From the NCBI GenBank assembly GCA_964610095.1, contig CAZSUT010000003.1, positions 19,278 through 83,277 on the forward strand: a DNA stretch of 64,000 nucleotides. Direction: 5' to 3'. The stretch comes from an uncultured Nitrospirales bacterium (GTDB lineage Bacteria > Nitrospirota > Nitrospiria > Nitrospirales > NS-4). This document shows, in pieces, positions 19,555 through 28,914 of the stretch; position 1 is the stretch's first letter, and each line of letters starts with the position of its first letter. Below the pieces are notes generated by a model, which was not told the origin of the DNA, ran no database searches, and saw nothing but the letters and a program-made list of their open reading frames with translations. The position numbers and the translations under genes were made by a program.

Positions 19555-20138
19555 AGTTCTCCCTTCCTCGCCGTGCTTGCTGGGCCTGAGGCTTCGATCT
19601 CGGACAGCTCGATCGTCACCTCCTCGCCGGACATGTTCTGCAAAAACGCGATGACCGCCAGGATCTCATTGTTACTCAAAGCGATCGGCTTCTTGTTGAT
19701 GTACGGCATCTTGGCCGGAAAGAATTTGGGCTGGCCGACGTGCTCGTAGTCCTTATAGATGTAGGCCTGCGGCTGGGTCAGGCTCTCGTAGAGGAAGTCG
19801 CGTGTCAGCTTGGCCCCAACGCCCTTCAGATCAGGACACCGACCCTCGCCGGTCCCAATCGTATGGCACAGGGCGCACTGGCCTTTGCCGAAAAAGATCT
19901 TCTGGCCGATCGAGGCCAGCTCTTTCTTGTCCTTGATGGACGTCACGTCGAACTTCTCCACAGCGGGTGGCAACGAGGCCATTTGAGGAATACTCAAGGC
20001 GACCAAGGTAAAGCCCCCTAACACGATGGATACAAAGGCAACCACACGGAGAAAGCGGGCTTGCACGAAGAGCAGGATGGCCCCCGCCAGGCCCACCACG
20101 CTCAGGCCGATAGTTTGCAGCAGTTGGACTTCGGTCAT
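19551..20138 (-). CDS. Membrane-anchored mono-heme cytochrome c
   Basis: Two TM helices; CALCH; ESLTQPQAY..KMP; GGAGG RBS. Confidence 0.88.
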   Translation of the reverse strand: MTEVQLLQTIGLSVVGLAGAILLFVQARFLRVVAFVSIVLGGFTLVALSIPQMASLPPAVEKFDVTSIKDKKELASIGQKIFFGKGQCALCHTIGTGEGRCPDLKGVGAKLTRDFLYESLTQPQAYIYKDYEHVGQPKFFPAKMPYINKKPIALSNNEILAVIAFLQNMSGEEVTIELSEIEASGPASTARKGEL

Positions 20139-20160
20139 GAGAAATCTGCCTCCACGTACT

Positions 20161-22041
20161 TTATCGGCGTCCGGCAGCCGGCACCGGAGCACCCGCAACA
20201 GCCGGCTTCACGGGTTCCTTCACGTGGGCCTTCCCAGGAGTGCCCTCCTTCTTCTCCCCGCCGAGGGAGGCAACCCAGAAGATAAACGCAACCATCAGAC
20301 AGAACAGAAAAGTATTCAGCGACATGAAGGCCGCTGCATATCCTAGCGCGGGTGAATAGGCGTATGGTGAGGTGTCTTGCATCACCCCGTATACGTGCCA
20401 GTGGACCCTTGAAGATGACCGCGCGTAGCCCATCAGGGTCATAAGCAGGATGACCATGACCGCGTTCAACACGAGGGCGTAGGCGGCCCGGGGAGGCATG
20501 ATGCCCCAAACCATTTCTGTCGTCGTCTTGGCGCTTTTCAGCACCAGCGCGGTCAATGGCGTGATGGTCAGCAGCACGAACAACACGACCAGCACCTGGG
20601 TCGTGGAGAAAAAGTTGATGCGGGTGATAGCCGGCACGAAATAGCCCCAGACGCCAAGCACAACGACGACGATGGTGGCTACCCCCAAGATGACCCCTTG
20701 ACCGATTTTGGCGGCCTTAGCCCAAGTGGCGGTCTCCTGCTTGCCGGCGCGCCAGTACATCACGAAGCTCATGAACGTGACCAGGATCATCACATTGACC
20801 ACGGTCATCTTCGCGGACATCACGCCGAAGACGCCCAACAAGGGATGATGGGTGCCGCCCATCTTCCGCGCCTCTTCGAGGCTCGCGACCAGGGAGTGCG
20901 GGGTCATCCAGACCCCGAGACACACGAGCAAGATCACGAGCATCGTCATGATCGGCTTCCGATACTTGGCTTCGGATCCGGGGATGCGATACATGATGCC
21001 CAGCCAGAAGTAATAGTTGGCTCCGAGGAACAGAATGCCGATCAAGATGGCCTGGAGGATGAACAGCCAGGAGAGGAAGCCGCCCATCAGCGTGATCCCC
21101 ATCTGCTGGTTGTACTGGTAGATCTCCCGCATCAGCCAATACCCGGCGAACGGCAACGGCAGCATTCCGAACACGCCGATGAAGTTCCCGACATATCCCA
21201 TCCAGTCGTAGTGGACACGTTCCGCCTGGTTCTGGGTCATGAGATATTTCAACCCGGCATAGGCGCCGCAGATGAAGCCCCCCAGCACGACGTTGGCGAT
21301 CAGGCGGTGGACGTTCACCGGCCACCACGTTGGGTTCCAAGTCGCGGCCCACGCCTTGGCCCACATGTTGCTTTCCGTGATGACAACGGGGCTGGCCTGG
21401 AAAGTCGCCCAGGAATTCGGCACGATCATGATGAAGAAAGCGAAGACGTTCAGCAGGAAGCCCAGAAACAAGTGGAGGCCCTTCTTGTCCCCCTGCATCG
21501 AGTCCCATCCGTACCAGTAGAGGTACAGCGTCGCTGTCTCCAGAAGAAACAAGACGCTGTACACGATGAAGGAAGGAAAGAACACGTCCGTGAGGTAGAC
21601 CATGAGCTTCGGATAGAGTCCAAGCAGCAGGAAGAGGAGAATGCCCCCAAACAGGGCCGTCGTCGCATAGGCCGAGGTGAGCAGCTTGGTAAATTCCTTG
21701 GCCAGCGTATCGTAACGCGGATCCCTGGTCCGTACACCCACGATTTCGCAGACCCAGGCGAAGATCGGTACGCCAAGCACGAACCCTGCCAGGAGGAGGT
21801 GCTGCTGTGCGATGATCCAGATCAGATTCCGGCTGCCCAGGATGCCGGGAAGGATGTCACGGTACTCCGTCGCCGTCCCCGCTGGCGCCTCCTGCGCCCA
21901 GGCCAGGCCAAGGGGGGCAGCCACCGTGAACAGCAAGAGGACCAGCGCCGCATACACCCACACGCGTGTCCCGGGAACGGTTGCGCCGGCCTGTCGTGCC
22001 TGTCTGTTGTACGAACGCCGATGGCGCTTATACGGTTCCAT
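20161..22041 (-). CDS. Cytochrome bd-like oxidase subunit I (CydA-like), copy A, with adjacent His-His
   Basis: AQQHLL (CydA His19-like), WWPVNVHR (His186-like), SW..Q.P, many TM helices; THHP loop. Confidence 0.82.
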   Translation of the reverse strand: MEPYKRHRRSYNRQARQAGATVPGTRVWVYAALVLLLFTVAAPLGLAWAQEAPAGTATEYRDILPGILGSRNLIWIIAQQHLLLAGFVLGVPIFAWVCEIVGVRTRDPRYDTLAKEFTKLLTSAYATTALFGGILLFLLLGLYPKLMVYLTDVFFPSFIVYSVLFLLETATLYLYWYGWDSMQGDKKGLHLFLGFLLNVFAFFIMIVPNSWATFQASPVVITESNMWAKAWAATWNPTWWPVNVHRLIANVVLGGFICGAYAGLKYLMTQNQAERVHYDWMGYVGNFIGVFGMLPLPFAGYWLMREIYQYNQQMGITLMGGFLSWLFILQAILIGILFLGANYYFWLGIMYRIPGSEAKYRKPIMTMLVILLVCLGVWMTPHSLVASLEEARKMGGTHHPLLGVFGVMSAKMTVVNVMILVTFMSFVMYWRAGKQETATWAKAAKIGQGVILGVATIVVVVLGVWGYFVPAITRINFFSTTQVLVVLFVLLTITPLTALVLKSAKTTTEMVWGIMPPRAAYALVLNAVMVILLMTLMGYARSSSRVHWHVYGVMQDTSPYAYSPALGYAAAFMSLNTFLFCLMVAFIFWVASLGGEKKEGTPGKAHVKEPVKPAVAGAPVPAAGRR

Positions 22042-22054
22042 GGCGAACTCTCCT

Positions 22055-22900
22055 TTATTTCCCTTTGCCCTTCTTCGTTTCCTTGCTCTTTTCCTTCTCA
22101 AGGGCCGCCAGCACGGCCTCGGCTTTCTCCAGGGTTGCCTCGGTCTTCTTGATGAGCTCTTCCGGCTTGACCGGCTTGGAGGCCTTCTCGGCCTGCGGGA
22201 GAGGATAATCCGGGTGGGGGGTCGGCGTCGTGACCGGCAGCAGGACCCAGAACACGATGGTGAGCGTTACGATGACCCCGGCGAATGAGACCAGCACCAA
22301 TGTCGGATCGGCCGGCACGCGCGCGTAATCCCACTGACGGACACGTTCTAGCAAGCTGGCTGAACTGGCCTGCCCCGAGGTAATGACGAACCGTTTCACC
22401 CGCCACCCGAAGAGTTGCAGCCAAAGCAGCACACACACCAGCAGGACAATCGCGGTGGGAATGGTCCACAGCAGCAACTCGAGCGTGATCTGCTCGGCGA
22501 TCGGAAGCGTCAGGTAGACGTTCTTGATGAGGGCGATCAATGCCGCTGCGATCTTTTGGCCGACGGCCACAGTGGTGCCTACCGCGTAATAGGCCCCGCC
22601 CAACACGGGCGCGCCCAGCACCGCCCCCTGCCACCACAAGCTCACCCCTACCGGCCCTTGGACTTCCATCCCCAGTCGCTCCAAAAAGACCGTCCGGGCC
22701 GTCAGCCCTACCGCCCAAATGTCAATCGGCACCGACACCACAAGCAGCGTGACGAGCCCCGCGCCTTCCCACGGATGCACCTGCCCCGCGAGCAGGAGAA
22801 GAGCGACGATCAGTTTGAACGGGAACCCTGTCCAGAAAGCCGACCAGGACACGGCCCAGGCCAGTTTAATGGAGGAGATGCTTTCAACGGGATGGGCCAT
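22055..22900 (-). CDS. Conserved hypothetical multi-pass membrane protein inside the respiratory cluster
   Basis: About six hydrophobic helices and a charged C-terminal tail; 13-14 nt gaps to both neighbours. Confidence 0.7.
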   Translation of the reverse strand: MAHPVESISSIKLAWAVSWSAFWTGFPFKLIVALLLLAGQVHPWEGAGLVTLLVVSVPIDIWAVGLTARTVFLERLGMEVQGPVGVSLWWQGAVLGAPVLGGAYYAVGTTVAVGQKIAAALIALIKNVYLTLPIAEQITLELLLWTIPTAIVLLVCVLLWLQLFGWRVKRFVITSGQASSASLLERVRQWDYARVPADPTLVLVSFAGVIVTLTIVFWVLLPVTTPTPHPDYPLPQAEKASKPVKPEELIKKTEATLEKAEAVLAALEKEKSKETKKGKGK

Positions 22901-22914
22901 GCCCTTAGCTCACT

Positions 22915-24000
22915 TCATTCCAAGAATTCACGGTTCAGGATCGCGGAAACGGTCAGGACCAGGATCCCGATCATGACTACAGTCCAGGACAGGAGTGCGA
23001 CCGGCCGCTTGAAAATATTGCGTTCCGGACTCCGGTCGATGAAGGGGAGCGCGGCCAGGAGCAACAAGAACGCGCCCGGAATGGCCACCCCAGCCACGAA
23101 CTGGCCGAGTTCGCCGGAAAAGACCTTCAACCGCAGCATCTGAAACAGAAAGAGGAAATACCATTCCGGCTCCGGATGGTAATCACCCGGATCCGGCGTC
23201 GCCTGCTCGAGCAATTGCACCGGTTCGATGAAGGCCAACGAGCAGATCGTGAGGAAGACGACGGCTATCGCCACGATGTCTTTCCAGACCTGGCGCGGGA
23301 AGAAGAAATCGGTCTTGGCCCTCAACTCCTCCGGTGTCCCGCGGAACGGACCGGCCGGTCCTGCCGAGCGGAAGAGAAAGAGATGGAGCCCTGCCAGCCC
23401 CATCAGGGCAGCCGGAAGAATCATGACATGGATGACGAAGAACCGGCTCAAGGTCATTTGTCCCGGCGTGGGCCCGCCTTTTAAGAACCGGGCAAGGAAA
23501 TCGCCCACGATGGGAGTCTTGTCCATGATCTCGACGCCGACTGTCGTGGCCCAGTAGGCCCGTTGATCCCAGGGCAGGAGATAGCCGGTAAAGCCGAAGG
23601 CCAAGACAATCACGAAGAGCACCAACCCGACCAGCCAGATCATTTCCCGAGGTTTCTTGTAGGCGCCCCACAGAAACACCTGGGACATGTGCGCAAAGAC
23701 CATGACGACCATGGCCGACGAGCCCCAGAAGTGATAGCTCAAGATGAACCACCCGTAGTCCACTTCGTGGATGATGTACTGGGTGGTGGCGTAGGCATGG
23801 TCGGCGCTGGGGATGTAATAGAACATCAAGAGCATGCCCGTGATCGCCTGCATGATGAAAATGAACAGCAGACACGAGCCGAAGACATAGGCCCAGCGCG
23901 AGCCGCCCTTGATCGGCTCGTTCATCATTTTCGCCTCGAGCGTCTTCAGATCGATCCGCTCGTCGACGAAGTCATACACCTTTTGGAGGATCCCGTTCAT
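22915..24000 (-). CDS. qcrB: Cytochrome b of the quinol:cytochrome c oxidoreductase
   Basis: Four heme His, GYLLPWDQRAYWA, PEWY motif (HPEPEWYFL); ATG abuts the Rieske stop. Confidence 0.93.
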   Translation of the reverse strand: MNGILQKVYDFVDERIDLKTLEAKMMNEPIKGGSRWAYVFGSCLLFIFIMQAITGMLLMFYYIPSADHAYATTQYIIHEVDYGWFILSYHFWGSSAMVVMVFAHMSQVFLWGAYKKPREMIWLVGLVLFVIVLAFGFTGYLLPWDQRAYWATTVGVEIMDKTPIVGDFLARFLKGGPTPGQMTLSRFFVIHVMILPAALMGLAGLHLFLFRSAGPAGPFRGTPEELRAKTDFFFPRQVWKDIVAIAVVFLTICSLAFIEPVQLLEQATPDPGDYHPEPEWYFLFLFQMLRLKVFSGELGQFVAGVAIPGAFLLLLAALPFIDRSPERNIFKRPVALLSWTVVMIGILVLTVSAILNREFLE

Positions 24001-24936
24001 CTAGGCAATGCGGATCTGCTCTTTCCGCCCCGCCTTGTATTCGACATCGATAACCTCGATGTCCCCGGACGCGGAGACCTTGATCGGGAGCACGTCCAAA
24101 GGACGCGGGGCAGGCCCGTCCAGAACCGTCCCAGCGGCATCGTAGATGCTAAGATGACACGGACACAGAAAGACCTGGCCGCGCGTTTTGTGCGACCGCC
24201 ACTTATAGCCGCATCCGAGGTGGGGACACTTGCCGGAGAAGACAACGTATGGGACAGTCTGCTTGTTGACCCAGATGACCTCTCCCTTTTCATCATAAAA
24301 AGGAATGTCGCCGTGCGGGTAGATCTTCTTCAGCGTCTCAGGAGTCGCCTTGATGACCCAATGGTTCTTGTCCTCTTCCCGTTGGAGTACCGAATCCTTG
24401 AAGGACTTCTTGAAGATGTACTGCACGCCGACGTCGTCCGTCCTGATCTTGCTGACGTTGCCGATCTTGATCCAGTGGTTGTCATACGGGGCATACATCG
24501 GCTTCATGATGAACCGGAGGACGGGCCAGACCAGGGGCAGGCCGATCAGGGCTCCGATGACGTTGATGAACCCGGCGAAGAAGGACCGCCGCGCGCAATT
24601 CTTCTCCAGCTCGGGGAACGGCACCAGCAACTCCCCAGGCTCCACGTGAATCCGGTTTTCGAGGTGCGGGATCTCGACCTCTTTCGAGGAGACATAATCC
24701 TGGCGCTTGAGCTCGGGGAAGCCTGAAAATTGCGCGGCGTTGCAGGTGAGCTCGACGGACTCGCCACGGATGGCGCCGATTGCACTGACCGGGACTTGCC
24801 GCTCGGTCCCGTTCGCGCGCACAACGATGTGGCTGACGTCCAGCGAGAGCGGATCGGCGATGACATGGACGATCTCGCCGACCTCCGCGTCCGCGCACCG
24901 GACCTTGGATTTGATCTTGGGTTGCAGACTGGCCAT
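24001..24936 (-). CDS. qcrA: Rieske 2Fe-2S protein with N-terminal PRC-barrel and internal Tat-like anchor
   Basis: CPHLGC and CPCHLSIY boxes, GPAPRPL; RRSFF plus TM at residue about 116; N-terminus V...D.EVGEIVHVI.DP....V.HIVV. Confidence 0.9.
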   Translation of the reverse strand: MASLQPKIKSKVRCADAEVGEIVHVIADPLSLDVSHIVVRANGTERQVPVSAIGAIRGESVELTCNAAQFSGFPELKRQDYVSSKEVEIPHLENRIHVEPGELLVPFPELEKNCARRSFFAGFINVIGALIGLPLVWPVLRFIMKPMYAPYDNHWIKIGNVSKIRTDDVGVQYIFKKSFKDSVLQREEDKNHWVIKATPETLKKIYPHGDIPFYDEKGEVIWVNKQTVPYVVFSGKCPHLGCGYKWRSHKTRGQVFLCPCHLSIYDAAGTVLDGPAPRPLDVLPIKVSASGDIEVIDVEYKAGRKEQIRIA

Positions 24937-24957
24937 GGCGTGGGATCCGGCGATCGC

Positions 24958-25764
24958 TTATTTCTTGATGGGTTTAGGTGTCTGGACCGACGCGTCCTTC
25001 AACGTCGACAGATACGCCACGAGCTCGTCGATCTCCTGGTCCGACATAAGCTCCTTGTACTTGTCGGGCATCAGTTTCTTGTTGTACTCCTTCTCGAACC
25101 CTTCCGCCATCCACGCCCGGGGGTTCAGGAGTTTTTCCTTCATCTCTTCGGGCTTCATCAGGCTGCCGATGTTGTCCAACACAGGACCCCGCTTCTTGAC
25201 CGACCCTTTGCCACCGATCTTGTGGCAGTTGTAACACTCTTGGAGGTCGTACTGCTCCTTGCCAAGCGCGACCAGGTTCCCGCCAACCGCAGCATGTGCG
25301 GTGCCAGCGGCCGGGCCGCCGCCCACTGAGGCTTCGATCTTCTTCGCCTCCGCGCCCCCTAACGTTTCCAGCCGTTTGAGGATGGCCTGGCTCTCGGTAT
25401 TGAGTTCTTCCGTACGTTTCATCAACTCATCAATTTTGCCTTTTTCAGTCGCCGCCAACTTAGGCTTGACAATCTTCTCGATCTTTCCTTTTTCGACCAT
25501 GGGGTCGTACTGCGGGAGCGCGCTGGCACCGGCGATATAGACCAGCGAGATCATCCCATAAAACCCCACCAGCCAGGCCACCGCCTTGAAGCCGCTGACG
25601 GGAGAGAGGGAAGGGGCGTCCAGCAAGATAAAGACGCCGGTCCCGAGGAAAGCATAGAGGACGAACATGACCTGAAACACCGGGGGGAAGTGGAAGAGAT
25701 ATCGGGCCGCGAGCCAAAGCACCACAGCCGCCACGATTCCCTGGATCCCTCTTTTGACAATCAC
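24958..25764 (-). CDS. Membrane-anchored mono-heme cytochrome c (start approximate)
   Basis: Three TM helices, coiled linker, CYNCH, GPVLDNIG, LMP. Confidence 0.85.
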   Translation of the reverse strand: MIVKRGIQGIVAAVVLWLAARYLFHFPPVFQVMFVLYAFLGTGVFILLDAPSLSPVSGFKAVAWLVGFYGMISLVYIAGASALPQYDPMVEKGKIEKIVKPKLAATEKGKIDELMKRTEELNTESQAILKRLETLGGAEAKKIEASVGGGPAAGTAHAAVGGNLVALGKEQYDLQECYNCHKIGGKGSVKKRGPVLDNIGSLMKPEEMKEKLLNPRAWMAEGFEKEYNKKLMPDKYKELMSDQEIDELVAYLSTLKDASVQTPKPIKK

Positions 25765-25802
25765 CTCGACAAAACTTCTTTGCGCGGCCACGGTGGGTTC
25801 CC

Positions 25803-27557
25803 CTACTCCGCGCCGGCCACGGCCGGGACTGCCTTCGATGTCTCGGCGTGAGCCTTCCCTTTTTCCGTTCGCAGCGTCAAGATAATCGCAAAGCTCACGA
25901 CGATGTAAAAGGTCAGCGTGACCCCCGTGAACACCCAACTGGAATAGGCCAGCGTGGGCGTAAAGGACTCAGGCGTGAAATCATATTGCAGGTTGAAGAC
26001 GTGGAAGTACTTCCGCGTCAGCTCGCGGACCGCGCCCATCAGCGTCATCGTCCAGATCGCGCTGAAGGCCAGGAAAACGAGGACGAACTGGGCAACAAAA
26101 TCGATCTTGCCCCAGACGATCCGCCCCTGACGCAAGGCACGATTGTAGAGGATGTAGTTCACGATGGTGACGAAGACCAACGTGAAGGCTGCCGCATTTT
26201 TGGCCGGCATCAGCGCCAGATCACCCCACGATATCGTCACAAAGCCCAGGCTGAGTTCCCCGTGAGGCAAGCTGAGCGAGCCGTCGTCGGGTGCCAGCGC
26301 CTGCGTCGCGACAAAGGCATGCGGCGTCATCCAGATGGCATTGCCGATGATTACCATCAGAAACGCCACCTTGACCATGGTCTGTGCTCCGACGGTCCAC
26401 TTGAGGAACCTGCCGGCAATCAGAAAGAGCGCGATCCAGCAAGCTGGCAGAATAAAGGCAAACTTGTCCGGGATCGGAAACCTGGTCCAGAGCAACATGA
26501 ACACCACGGGGATGCTCGCCATGAGGACCAGCGTGGTGGTCCTCATCCGGATCTGTTCCAATCCTTTGATCCGTTTCATACTCAGCCAGATGTAGTAGTT
26601 GCTGGCCAGGAAGATCAGCCCGACCATCGCCCCCTGCATCTCGAAAAACATGGAGAGCTGGTCCGCCATCATATAAGGACAAATGGACGCATCGTAGTCG
26701 CAAAGCTCGTAAGCCAGCAGGTAGCCGGCGAAAGGAAGGGCCAGCAGCGCTCCCACCCCGATCAGATTGCCCACAAACCCGAACCAATCGTAGAAGGCCC
26801 GTTCCTCGTCATTCTTGGCAGCCATATACATGTAGGCTCCGATCAGACCGGTGATGAACCCGCCGAAGACCACATTGCCGACCGTGCGGTGAATGTTCAG
26901 CGGCCACCAACTGTAGTTGTTCATCTTGTCCCACAGCGTTGCCGTGGTCTCGATGAACGTCTTGAGGTCCATGCCCCCCTCTGCAAACTTGGCCGGGGTG
27001 TTCATAAACGCCGTCGGGCCGTCGATCACGATGAGCGTGGCTAAGCCGATGATGTTCAGGAGCACTCCAAGCGCGATGTGCCGGAGCTTCTTGGGACCCT
27101 GCAAGGCGTCCCAGGTGTACCAGTAGAGATAGAGCACGATCGTCTCGAAGATAAAGAGCAGGGGATACATGACGGCGAAGACGGCGAAGAAGTGACCGAT
27201 CAGCCACGCCGTTAACTGCGGGTAGGTGGCCAGCAGCACAAAAATGAAGAGGCCGCCGGTCAGTGCCGTCATGCTGTAGAGGATTACGGTGACCTTGGTG
27301 ACCTCTTTGGCCAGCCGCTCGTACCGAGCATCCTGGTTTTTCCAGCCCAGAATCTCGCTGACCACCACGAAGATCGGCGCTCCCAGGATGAATGCCGCGA
27401 ACAGGATATGGAGCTGGGCTACTATCCAGACAGCCCCACGGTTTCCCATGTAGGGGAACTCGTGCGCCTTGGGCTCAGGCATCTGGGCGTAGGCAACAGC
27501 CGTTCCGACGAATACGAGCCCCGCTAAGATCAGAAGGCTGCGTTGCCAGGTCTTCAT
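25803..27557 (-). CDS. Cytochrome bd-like oxidase subunit I (CydA-like), copy B
   Basis: AQLHILFAA, WWPLNIHR, AFMNTP; clear paralog of 20161..22041. Confidence 0.82.
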   Translation of the reverse strand: MKTWQRSLLILAGLVFVGTAVAYAQMPEPKAHEFPYMGNRGAVWIVAQLHILFAAFILGAPIFVVVSEILGWKNQDARYERLAKEVTKVTVILYSMTALTGGLFIFVLLATYPQLTAWLIGHFFAVFAVMYPLLFIFETIVLYLYWYTWDALQGPKKLRHIALGVLLNIIGLATLIVIDGPTAFMNTPAKFAEGGMDLKTFIETTATLWDKMNNYSWWPLNIHRTVGNVVFGGFITGLIGAYMYMAAKNDEERAFYDWFGFVGNLIGVGALLALPFAGYLLAYELCDYDASICPYMMADQLSMFFEMQGAMVGLIFLASNYYIWLSMKRIKGLEQIRMRTTTLVLMASIPVVFMLLWTRFPIPDKFAFILPACWIALFLIAGRFLKWTVGAQTMVKVAFLMVIIGNAIWMTPHAFVATQALAPDDGSLSLPHGELSLGFVTISWGDLALMPAKNAAAFTLVFVTIVNYILYNRALRQGRIVWGKIDFVAQFVLVFLAFSAIWTMTLMGAVRELTRKYFHVFNLQYDFTPESFTPTLAYSSWVFTGVTLTFYIVVSFAIILTLRTEKGKAHAETSKAVPAVAGAE

Positions 27558-27597
27558 AACCCTCTCGCTTCCTTTTGTGCTGTTTAACTGCGCCCCT

Positions 27598-28191
27598 CTA
27601 TTTTCCGTCCTTTTTCGGGGCATTTTTGTTAGGCGTCGCCGCCGGAGCCTTGCCGTCACTGGCCGCTGGGGTCGCTCCGCCAGTTGCGGACGCGGCCGCT
27701 GGCGCTGGTTTCCCGAGTTCGGCCAGCGGGACCCACTCCTTCCTGGCCACATCGTAGCCCATCCCCTTGAGCCCGAAGGTCCGCTCGTAGGCCATGGCCT
27801 TCCACCGGTCCTCCTCAGGCAGCTTGGTCTTCCAGGACTTCATCTTGGTATTGGGCACCCCTTCCGAGATCCGCCAGAACCAGACACTGTCTGGGTAGAG
27901 CTTCATTCGCTCGGTCTTGCGGAAGTCCCTGGCGCCCGCCTTGACCGGCTTGCCGTCCTTGCCGTGGCAGGACGAGCAATTGACGTCGATGTTTTTGACC
28001 CCTTCGAAAATCTCTTTGCCCTCAGCGATGATCTTTTCATCAGCCCACCACCCGGCTGGCATGTGCTTGTCGGCATACTCCGGAGGAGCAGGCGGAGGGG
28101 GCTGAATTGGTCCTTCCTCTTCACCGCACCCCACAATGATGAGTCCAAAACTTCCAATGATCGTCAGGATTGCCAGGCTTGTGATCTTCAT
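27598..28191 (-). CDS. Mono-heme cytochrome c lipoprotein
   Basis: IIVGC lipobox, Pro-rich linker, CSSCH, WFWRISEGVPNTKM. Confidence 0.88.
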   Translation of the reverse strand: MKITSLAILTIIGSFGLIIVGCGEEEGPIQPPPPAPPEYADKHMPAGWWADEKIIAEGKEIFEGVKNIDVNCSSCHGKDGKPVKAGARDFRKTERMKLYPDSVWFWRISEGVPNTKMKSWKTKLPEEDRWKAMAYERTFGLKGMGYDVARKEWVPLAELGKPAPAAASATGGATPAASDGKAPAATPNKNAPKKDGK

Positions 28192-28303
28192 AGCTGCCCT
28201 CAAGCTCCTTTCCTCTCTGCAAATCTCTCGCATAAAAAAGACGCTTTTCTTCAGGGCGTTACGCCCCCGAAGTCAAGCGCCCGAGTCCACGTTCCTCTTC
28301 TGC

Positions 28304-28876
28304 TCAACGTTTCTTTCCGCGTCGTTTCGGAACCGCCTTGGCCTGCTGATGCCGGACCCAGGCGACCCCGGCACCGATCGCCGCTAAGGCCAGTATTCCT
28401 CCCAGCCCGTACAGCCAGTATGAGGACGCTTCTGTTGTCCCAGCCAATCCCCCGACTCCGGAATTCGGTGACCGTTCCGCTTCGGGGCCGAAGTTCACTT
28501 TCGCTTCTCGTTCGGTCCGCCGGTCGTTCGGATCAAACTCGGCCCGAATCTTTTTGACCTCGTCTACTCCGGATCGCTCGTCCTTGATCGAGACTTGGAT
28601 GGAATCCCCCACATTGTGGTTATGCAGGTGGAGGACCACCTTGTAAAATCCGCTTCCATCTGCGTAGGTGTTGACGGGATCAACGCTCTGGTCGCGCAGG
28701 TCCCGCGCCTGCACCCGAACGTCCTTGTCCGGCTTCCCATCCTTGTCCCGCACATACCCTGAGATGGTGAACCGGTGATCGGTCTCGTGGGTGGCCCAAG
28801 CTGGGTATGGAACGATGAGTCCAACCAGACCGAAAAAAACCGCCGCGCCACCCCACGACGGTCCCGTACTCAGCAC
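28304..28876 (-). CDS. Hypothetical exported protein with carboxypeptidase-regulatory-like beta-sandwich and C-terminal TM
   Basis: Signal peptide ending AWA; FTISGYVRDKDGKP..V..TYADGSGFY; C-terminal hydrophobic helix plus basic tail. Confidence 0.65.
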   Translation of the reverse strand: MLSTGPSWGGAAVFFGLVGLIVPYPAWATHETDHRFTISGYVRDKDGKPDKDVRVQARDLRDQSVDPVNTYADGSGFYKVVLHLHNHNVGDSIQVSIKDERSGVDEVKKIRAEFDPNDRRTEREAKVNFGPEAERSPNSGVGGLAGTTEASSYWLYGLGGILALAAIGAGVAWVRHQQAKAVPKRRGKKR

Positions 28877-28914
28877 CTTGAAAATAGTCCGTCCAACTCC
28901 GTTAAAGTCCGGCC

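Noticed and set aside
23860-23895. Cys in YVFGSCLL of cytochrome b as a heme ci attachment site
   Set aside because: Aligned to b6 YCLGG, the ci position is Val; this Cys is four residues downstream
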